Made by a program: the position numbers and the translations under genes. The notes below the pieces were generated by a model, which searched no databases, was not told the origin of the DNA, and was given only the letters and a program-made list of their open reading frames with translations. DNA of 64,000 nt from Marsupella aquatica (lineage: Eukaryota > Plantae > Marchantiophyta), in the NCBI GenBank assembly GCA_973895155.1, contig OZ316894.1, forward strand, positions 11,882,828 to 11,946,827, in the 5' to 3' direction. This document shows, piece after piece, positions 55,940 through 64,000 of the stretch (position 1 is its first letter; every line of letters starts with the position of its first letter).

Positions 55940-58020
55940 TATCGACATGAGGATGCAACCATGATCCACTAGGAATCACCTGCAATGGTGGTGTCAAATA
56001 TGACATGTGCCATCATTCTTCTAGAACACTTATCACAAATAGCTGCTCCCTGCGCAGATCCATGCAACATACACTTCAAGCCAACACAAACATGTGCCAA
56101 GCTTGGATCTACTATACCATCAATGATGTTTGGAAGATGACATGGTGCACAATTGCGCACATGATCCTTTCAAACCATACCATCATGTCCCTCCAACATT
56201 AGAACAGCAAAAGGCAACATTTTACACACATGTAAAATGGTTTGACTTGCGGTCACATCAAGTGTAGTTGGTGTTGTCTGTTGCAAATAAACGTAATCAC
56301 CAGGATGAAATTGTTGAATCTTGGCACGATAACCTCCTCCACGAATAGTGACATACAACAAAGTATCACAATGTTGGGCGATGGCAAGGTTGTCAAAGGC
56401 CATGGGCATGATTCTCTCAAAAACCTTGCCCCTCTCAAAACAAACCTTGACCCAGGCAAACATCAGGATTATCCAAGTTCACAAGTGATGCAATATCACG
56501 ACAAATAGTTGCTGGCAAATCTGGTTCTCTACCATAAGAGCAAGAAATAAGGTGAGAAGGATGCAAGTGATGCTTGTCGACTGAAATGGTAGCCCATAGC
56601 TAACCAAGGTAACGGAAGATCCCAATCTCCTAGATGACCAACCTGCAAGCCATACTTCCACAACCCTCTCTTCACAGTTTGCACTACTCTCTTAGCCAAT
56701 CCATCTGCCTCAAGATGATCACGAGAAGTAGTATGATGATCAATTAGAGCTTGCTCTGAACACAAACTCTCAAACTCCCCACAAAACTCTGTTCCATCAT
56801 CAGTTAATACCTCAGCTGGTGCTCCAAGATCACTGAGTACAAGGTTAAAAAATGTGGCAGCAACTCCTCCTCTAGCTTTATCTAGCAACGCCACTAGCTC
56901 AATGCACTTGGAGAAGTGCTCCACCATGACCAAACATACCGATTATGTCGTTGGGTAAGAGGTAATGGACCAACAAAGTCCAAACTCCATTTGTACCCCA
57001 AACCCATGATCGGCAGTGGATGCAATTGGGGAGTGGGAGCATTGAAGGATGCTCTCGCTTGATCACATACCACACACTTAGCTATCAATTGTTGGACATG
57101 AGTGTGCATACTACGCCACCAATATTTGTGTCTGTAGCAAGCTATAAACATGCTTCATACAAAAGTGACCCAACTCCCCTTGCGCATGTCGCACCAAATG
57201 TACTTGTTGTGATGGTTTTGGTACCACCAATATCTTACCATCACGCAGTACCCTCAAAAGATGGTTTCCTTCCCATCGAAACCTCTTGGCTCTTTGAAAA
57301 ACCTTATCATGCTCCTTAGCATCAAGACTGCCATCAATAGAACCACTACGCAAGTATTCCAATACTCTCTCTCATTGTTGTGAATATCCTATTGTCGAAC
57401 AACAACCTCACCAACATCCATATCTATACACTCATCATGTACTCCATCCAATGAGGTAGCGTCCACAGATCCATTGCATGCTGGTACCCAATAAAGGAAG
57501 GCAGATGCATGCCATCCTGACATCATCTCCTTATCTAACTCATCATGTCATTTGGCTCTTGTCACATCCTCCTTACTGGTACATGGATTGCGGCTCAATC
57601 CATCTACATCCAAGTTCACCTTTCCATGCCTATGCACAACCCGGAAGTCATACTCTTGTAACAAAAATGCCCATTGTGGAAGCTTCCCTGTAAGCTTGTT
57701 AGAATCATTAACCACTTGAGAGACTAATGATCAATAATCAAGGTGAAGGGGTTACCAAACAAGTAGCAGCAAAAGTGTGTCACAGCCCACACTGTTGCCA
57801 AACACTCTCCCTCATAAGAGCTACACTTAGCCTCTGCTAAATTGTTTGATCGAGTTGCGTATCCCACAACAAACTCATTCCCCTCATCATTCTTTTGAGT
57901 CAACACTGCTCCAAGTCCTACTCCACTCCAATCAGTGTGTAGTTGAAATAATCTCCCTAAAATGGGTCTTCTCAAAATAGGGGATGATGCCAATCTTTCT
58001 TTCAACTCTTGAAAGGCATG
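55940..58020 (-). pseudogene. Degenerate Ty3/Gypsy pol: RNase H, integrase (HHCC, DDE) and C-terminal PHD finger
   Basis: RNase H: FQLHTDWSGVGLGAVLTQ...YEGECLATVWAVTHF...FTLIIDH. Integrase: HAQGELGHF...CVVCDQ, WSLDFVGPLP, VLTDDGTEF, ADGLAKR. PHD-like: ICDKCSR...WHMSYLTPPLQVIPSGSW. Multiple frameshifts. Confidence 0.85.
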
Positions 58021-58066
58021 GGGAAAGGCATAATGATGGACCTTGCCACCCAGCACCCTCACCAAT

Positions 58067-61000
58067 TGTGACACGGGTAACGTGTCACTTAACAAAATGC
58101 AAGTCCTAGATTAGGACTTATACGATCATTAGGACCGTAGCCGTAGCGTAGAGTAGTACGAATAGCCGTCTTTGCCATTATGAATAGATTAGGAGTAGGT
58201 TAGTTGACTGAATGATTACGAATTAAGGGAAGGAAATTATTACGATCGGCCGAGGTACGGTGGCGGCGGCGGAGTAAAAATCTGTTAGGAGATCAAGCTT
58301 GGACCGAGACACCCAACTTCGAGCCATTATCAACAACCAAAACGGCCTTGCCTTCTCTCGCTCGAGCTCACCCTGGCACCTCCATAAGAGTTGAGTTGAT
58401 GGCGCCGCGGACCCATTTGCTCATTCATACCTTTCAAAATTTGCGGACGATGCCACTCACTCTCGCATTTTACTCGGATCAAGCTAACTTTTACGGGGAA
58501 ATTATCAAAGGTTAAGAGCGGATTGTGGCAAGATTTAGTCAGGGCGAGGAAGGCCTCCACCAGCGAGCAAAACTGCCAGGCGGAGACGCGGACTCGACAA
58601 ACCAGACTGCAAGGGTTAGTATGACCCTTACAGCTTTGGGATTTTGGACCTTGTTTGGCGAGGTAGGTGCAAAGTTCTCCAAGACTTACTGGTACTCTTG
58701 CCCCAAGAAAGCCGCCTACGAACAACGATACACAAAGTTGGTGGCCAAGGTAGCACAGGTTAATTGTGAGAAGACAACCATCACCAGGGATTTGAGCTAC
58801 AACAAGCTACGGGAATACATCACCGAGCTATATATCAGCAAGGAAGGACTTAGATCGGTAGCAAAGGCAATTCTTGAAGTCCCTGCAAAGTTCTTTAGGC
58901 TGAAGGGCAGCCTGAGGCTGACTCAAGCAAAGTTTGACAAGATCCCGGGTTACATCAACCAACAGATTGCAACCAAGAAGTGCGAAGAAGACATCAGCAG
59001 ACAACAGGAAGTGGCGCGTAATCTCATGTTTCTCGGGGAAAGCTCCAACATCTTCGACTGGGATATGGCTACTCCGACGGCACCCCCAACTACTTGGCCT
59101 ACGACTACCGGCGTACCACCAAACCAAACCTAGGTCCGTCCGGTGAACAACATCGAGTGCTCTTCAGGTTCTGACGGACGAGTTAGTCCGCAGCTCGAGC
59201 AGTATTCTCGGAAGCGGGCAAGGACTATGCCAGCCCCCAAATCAACTGCGCAAATCAACGCCGCCCCTACACCTACCTTGACCAACCTGCCGACCAGCCA
59301 GTCCCGACGGCTCTCGAATAATCAACAACCCAACTTATTACAGGTAATCCGCGTCCCTGAGGTAGTCTGGACAACGATCAAGAAACCCGACCACGCGGAC
59401 TATCTCAAAGAGCATCAGTTGGAGCAGTTCGCTCACTTGCTATGGAGGCCTAGCGTAGCAGGGCCAAAGGAGGTTTATAAGTTCATCTCCAACTTTGACA
59501 TTGATGCGGCGGCCACCAAAGTTTCAGGGCAGACCCTATCACTTACGGAGTATCGGTTGGCACATATCTTTTGTCTGCCAACCAGACCTGTGTCGGTTGA
59601 ACTCCAAATTTGGGATAAGGAGTCTACACCCCAGCACTTCAAACCCGAGGGTAAGACAAATAACGGGTACAAGCAGGGGTCATGCACCAACTTAGTCTAC
59701 ATGGGGCGGCCTAACTTCATACGGACTACCTTACACATGATCAAGCCACGATCTGAGATCTCCCTCTGTACAATCGTATAGGTGGAACAGTACAAACGGC
59801 GGAACTGGGCCCAATTCATTTGCCGCAGGTTCTTGGGGGAGCTTAAGCGAGCTCAAGCAGGTATGTTTATTGGGGGAAGGACCTACCTAGGAAGTCACAT
59901 CGCCATCATCCTCACCTAGTACAAGGCACAGCGGGAGGCTAGGGGAAAGAATATGGCCACCTCAGCCCTGACCAGCGTCACTCCCGCTCCAGAGGAGGCT
60001 ACCCCAAGCGAGCGGACTCCCACACCTTGGGCAAACCCTGAGCCATCGGCCCCGACTAATACTCCGCCACCTCCTCCCGTTGAAATCCCGCCACCCCCTT
60101 CCGTTGAGCCTCCGCTACCCCCAGTACAACCACCCCCAATCCCTCCACCACTTGAAGAAACTTTCCCCTCCCTAGTGCAGACTACGGAGGAGGTTGCCGC
60201 CCTGCCTGAGGAACCACCGGTGCCCGAGAGGATGGAGGACTACCAAGTAGTCTCGGGGACCATGGCCTACGACCTGGTCTAGAAGTTTAGCCAAACTCTG
60301 CCAGGGGAGCTAGCGACGTACATCGGGCAACAGGTCTCGGCGTACTTCCAACCAGCCTTCTTCATGTTAGAGCACCAACCACGAATCGTAAGTCGCTTGG
60401 AGGAAGAACTCATGGCAAAGGGGAACGAGATTGGTCGCCTCCAAATGCTAATAGAATACCTCGAGGAGGAGGCCACCACCCGCCGTGAAGAGTTAGTCCA
60501 CACCATCGAACAAAGGGAAGGACTCACTGGTGGACCTAGCCACCCAGCGCCCTCACCAATCCCAGCACTCGCGCCTAAGTGCCCTTGGTGCCCGAACGCC
60601 TCCATGGAATACCTTGAGCAAGTACCTAAGTGCCTCTTGCACCACCAGTGGCCCCTCCCATACGAAGCCGCACTTGCTCACCTACACGACCGCTACTCAA
60701 CAATCCTCACTGTCTGCACAAGCAACCAAGCACTTCGGTAAGTAACCTCTCCGGATCTAGAACTCGCCAAGTCTAGCATCCTAACTCAAGCTCAACAGAC
60801 GTTGATAAATAGGGTAACGATAGGTCCTCCCGATGCCATAAGCTGGAACCAGAGCCCACGCCCACTGTCCGTCCAGGACAGCTCCTTCCTTGGGCGCGGC
60901 CCGGGTTCCCCCTCGTACCTATCCATCACCAACTGACCGCCCTGACCTCAGGACATGCTCATGGCCCAAATAGCGTAGCTTGTCCTAAAGCTTGTCCCAA

Positions 61001-63574
61001 CACGCCGGGACCAGAACGGCCCCGACTCTAGCAGCCGCTCCTAGTTTGCCCCACTGATGGTCTAGGGGCCGAGTACCCCTAGAACTCAACCTCCACACCT
61101 ACTTTGCCTTGCCTCCCCGACGCAAGTTCCCTTGGGAGACTGAACGCGGCTTGATTGCTGTTCGACAAGATTTGGCAAGCGGGCGAGCTAACACCCAAAA
61201 ACCATGGGAACCCATGGCACCCCCAGACCCAGCTGAGCCCAGGAGGGCGTATCCCTTCTCAAGATCTTTCCAACACACCCAAGAAGTCCTCCAATGGACT
61301 TCTCGTTGGGAAGATATCGCCATTTCCGTTTGGCAGTTTCCCTTAGTGTCACGACCGTCGCGGCTCACGACTTCGGCTTGCCCTTAGCCCCCAGGGAGAC
61401 ACCACTCCCCTCATATATGCTTATGGGTACCTGCCACCCCCGGACCACCTTTGGTCCCTAACCATTTGGCCCCCAATCCGGATCCCATCGCGCATAATGG
61501 GTGCGCCACCAACTGGCAACGCCCATAACTTTCTTGATAGGCATCCACAAGCGGAGTGCCTTAGCTCGTTGTGATCGGGCCGACCCAGTGCTCATGCCTA
61601 GGCCCTCAGGTCTGATCGCCGCTCGGGGCCCTCGACCGGCCCAACCCGGATCGGGCCACAACTTGCGCCCCAAGCGTCCGTTGCCAATGGCTTCAACCCC
61701 ATTGGCCTTGGGCCCAAGAGGAGCTCACATCAAGCCCTCAGAACTCAAAACCCTTCCGGAGGTCCGGATGGCCCTCCTTGAGCCCGGCCCATTTCCCCTT
61801 GACCCGACCAGCTACCCGCTAATCCAAGTCCTTAGTGTGTGACCTTAGTTTGGCTCCTTGCCTCGCTAGTGCCACGTCTGATTGCCCACAAGTCTCCCCA
61901 TGCTAAGTCCTCCCCGGATGGCCTATCCGGGCCTGGACCATAAGGGAGCTCGGCATCGGAGTCAGCGACGCCAGAGCTAAGTGTTAAGGTAGTCTAGTTC
62001 CATGACTGACTCACCCAGGACTTGGGCGCGGTGCAAGCAGATCTCAAGAAGCTAGACGACATTGTGCTTCAGCTGCGCTCAGAGTCCTTGGCTCAGGTTA
62101 CCAGCCTGACCGACCTCAACAAACAATTCTTGCAGGCAGCTCAGCAGGTGTCTAGTCTCTCCGCCGAGCGAGATAAATTGCTGGCGCACGACGAGACCCA
62201 TCATGACTCCATCGGCCAGCTCAACCTAGAGGTAGCACGGCTACAGACCGAGACCGACTAAGCTGCAAACAAGGCAGAGGAGGCGGTACGGGATAACAAG
62301 GCCTTGCAGGAGCGCATTACCTTGCTCATAAGTCAGCGCAATGGGCCTGGACCCACCTCTGATCAAGACGGCTTGAGGTCTCGTCCCGACAAGAGGACAA
62401 ACCCTGGACCGACGGCAGCTCACACGTAAGGGGTGGTTAGCGGAGGAAGCAGGCAGGCGCCGCTCGTTACAGTTGGGTCAGTGGCATCTTTTTTTCATTA
62501 GGCTTAAACGATAGAATAACTGTCATTAGGCGCCAATTAGCGGCACAATAGGAAGAATTAGGACATGATTAGTTAGGATCATCCGGCGTATCAACGGACT
62601 AGAATTTTGGTCAGTAGACTTAGCTATTGACACCCTGGTCAGTGCCCCCGCCACTGACGGTCAACCGGTCAGAGGAGATGCGGCGGGCTAGTCAGAAGGT
62701 AGTTAGTCAGTAGGCATTACCCCGGAAGGTAGTATCTTCTGGTTCCTTTCCACAAGCGTAGTATTTAGGCTTCCCCTTCCGTTGTGGAGGGGGAGAAGAC
62801 TTAGTTCATCTTTAGGGTAATGACAAGCCATTTAACAAACTGACATTTAGCTAGGATTAGAATAGACTAGAATTTGAGCACGTGACCATTAGTATTTAGT
62901 GCACCCCCGGTAGAGGCAATAGGGGGGACTGTAGGTTTTGAACCGGGTATCAGCGGATGTGCGGGGAGTCTTGACCTTAGTGAATAGGAGAGTACCGCAA
63001 AGTGAGGATACGACTAAGCTTGTCGGGCAAGTGCGGAGCCAGGCTCCGTTGTAGTGTACACCTCATTGCCGTTGGGCTATTCGTTCCCAAAGAAGTCGAG
63101 TCAACCCTGTATGTACAAATGACGGATTTATAATTCAAAGTCTTTCCCCACCATTTCCTTTGTGTAAACCGAGATTGTATGTGTGTAATCTGTTATGTTC
63201 ATTAGTCTCGTCTACGGGTTTAGAATGCTTGGTCGAACGCATTATACAAGTTGCGCATGGGGTGACAGTTGCGGATAGTGGTTGCAAGCCCGGGTTAGAT
63301 GCCCTATCATCGGATCCGGATCGGAGGCGGATAGCACAAAGGCTTAGAAGTCCTTAAGCTGGGGTCAATCCCGTTATCGACTTAAAGTACATTCCGGCAA
63401 CGAAATACAAAATATACCTATGATGTGCATAGACATGAAACCGGATGAGGGTAGCATCAAGTTACATGAATAAGTGCAGTTTGCGCATCCCTCCTTGCCC
63501 GAAACCTCAATATTAACAAAGTTTATGGCCGCCTAAGCCAAAATCCAATTAAGGATAAACCTTTTGGCGTGACA
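58067..63574 (+). mobile_element. LTR-retrotransposon 3' internal region with accessory ORFs, PPT and candidate LTR (Athila/Tat-like, degenerate)
   Basis: Ends TGTGACACG...CGTGACA. ORF 59143-59781 (VYKFISNF...VSGQTLSLTEYRLAHIFCLP) resembles plant retrotransposon accessory proteins; Pro-rich and coiled-coil remnants follow. The PPT AGAGGCAATAGGGGGGAC precedes TGTAGG at 62930, with a candidate LTR end GTGACA at 63267 or 63574. Confidence 0.55.
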
Positions 63575-63892
63575 ACAACACTTGCAAATTCTGTTGGAGA
63601 GATTGAGAGAACATGGGTTGAAACTCTATCCTGGCAAAGTAACTTCTTCCAAGACCAGATTGAATATTTGGGCCACACTATCTACCGAAGGGGATTGGGT
63701 GTGTAGCAAACTAAGGTGAAGGTCATTACACAAATTCCTTGTCCTACTGATATGAGTAGAGTTCATGCATTCTTGGGATTAGCGAGCTACTATAGGAGGT
63801 ATGTTAAAGGATTTAGCCAGCTTGCTAAACCTTTAACCATACTCACTAAGTTGGATCAAGAGTGGATTTGGGGTGATGATCATGAGCATGCC
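63575..63892 (+). pseudogene. Gypsy RT C-terminal/connection fragment, inverted relative to its downstream pol
   Basis: HLQILLERLREHGLKLYPGK...EYLGH...VHAFLGLASYYRRYVKGFSQLAKPLTILTK...WGDDHEHA. Confidence 0.8.
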
Positions 63893-64000
63893 AGTTGCAA
63901 AACTTGACTACTTTAACACTTAGCTCCAACATTGCTGACTCCGACGCCAAGCTCCCCTATGGTCTAGGCCCGGAATGGCCATCCGTGGAGGACTTAGCAT

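Noticed and set aside
60800-62300. GC-rich ORFs as host genes
   Set aside because: They are stop-riddled and lie inside the LTR-element internal region.

Overview
Eukaryotic nuclear DNA from a plant: it has GT-AG introns, a transit-peptide gyrase A, and LINE, Gypsy and MITE elements. The axonemal SHIPPO-repeat gene suggests a lineage with flagellated sperm, such as a bryophyte or lycophyte/fern (inference). Bases 1-18.6 kb hold two diverged, mirror-oriented copies of an unusual DNA-transposon-like element. Each pairs a spliced GCM-like zinc finger/Mutator-type DDE/SWIM transposase with a divergently transcribed, spliced ParB/Srx-domain gene. In the complete copy that gene ends in a beta-class N6A/N4C DNA-methyltransferase fold. 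Each element carries its own dispersed palindrome (TAGCGA-NN-TCGCTA in copy A, TAGCGCC-N-GGCGCTA in copy B), seen only in promoters, introns and subterminal DNA. This resembles a parS/operator array and is the main candidate for an undescribed system. The rest of the window contains a ~143-bp tandem repeat, an intron-rich gyrA (24.8-35.1 kb, minus), two 5'-truncated LINEs with TSDs (one split by a MITE), a 2237-aa SHIPPO/PGPG-repeat ORF, a mariner-like MITE, and rearranged Gypsy remnants including an integrase-PHD element. All domain calls are by-eye motif recognition, not database searches.
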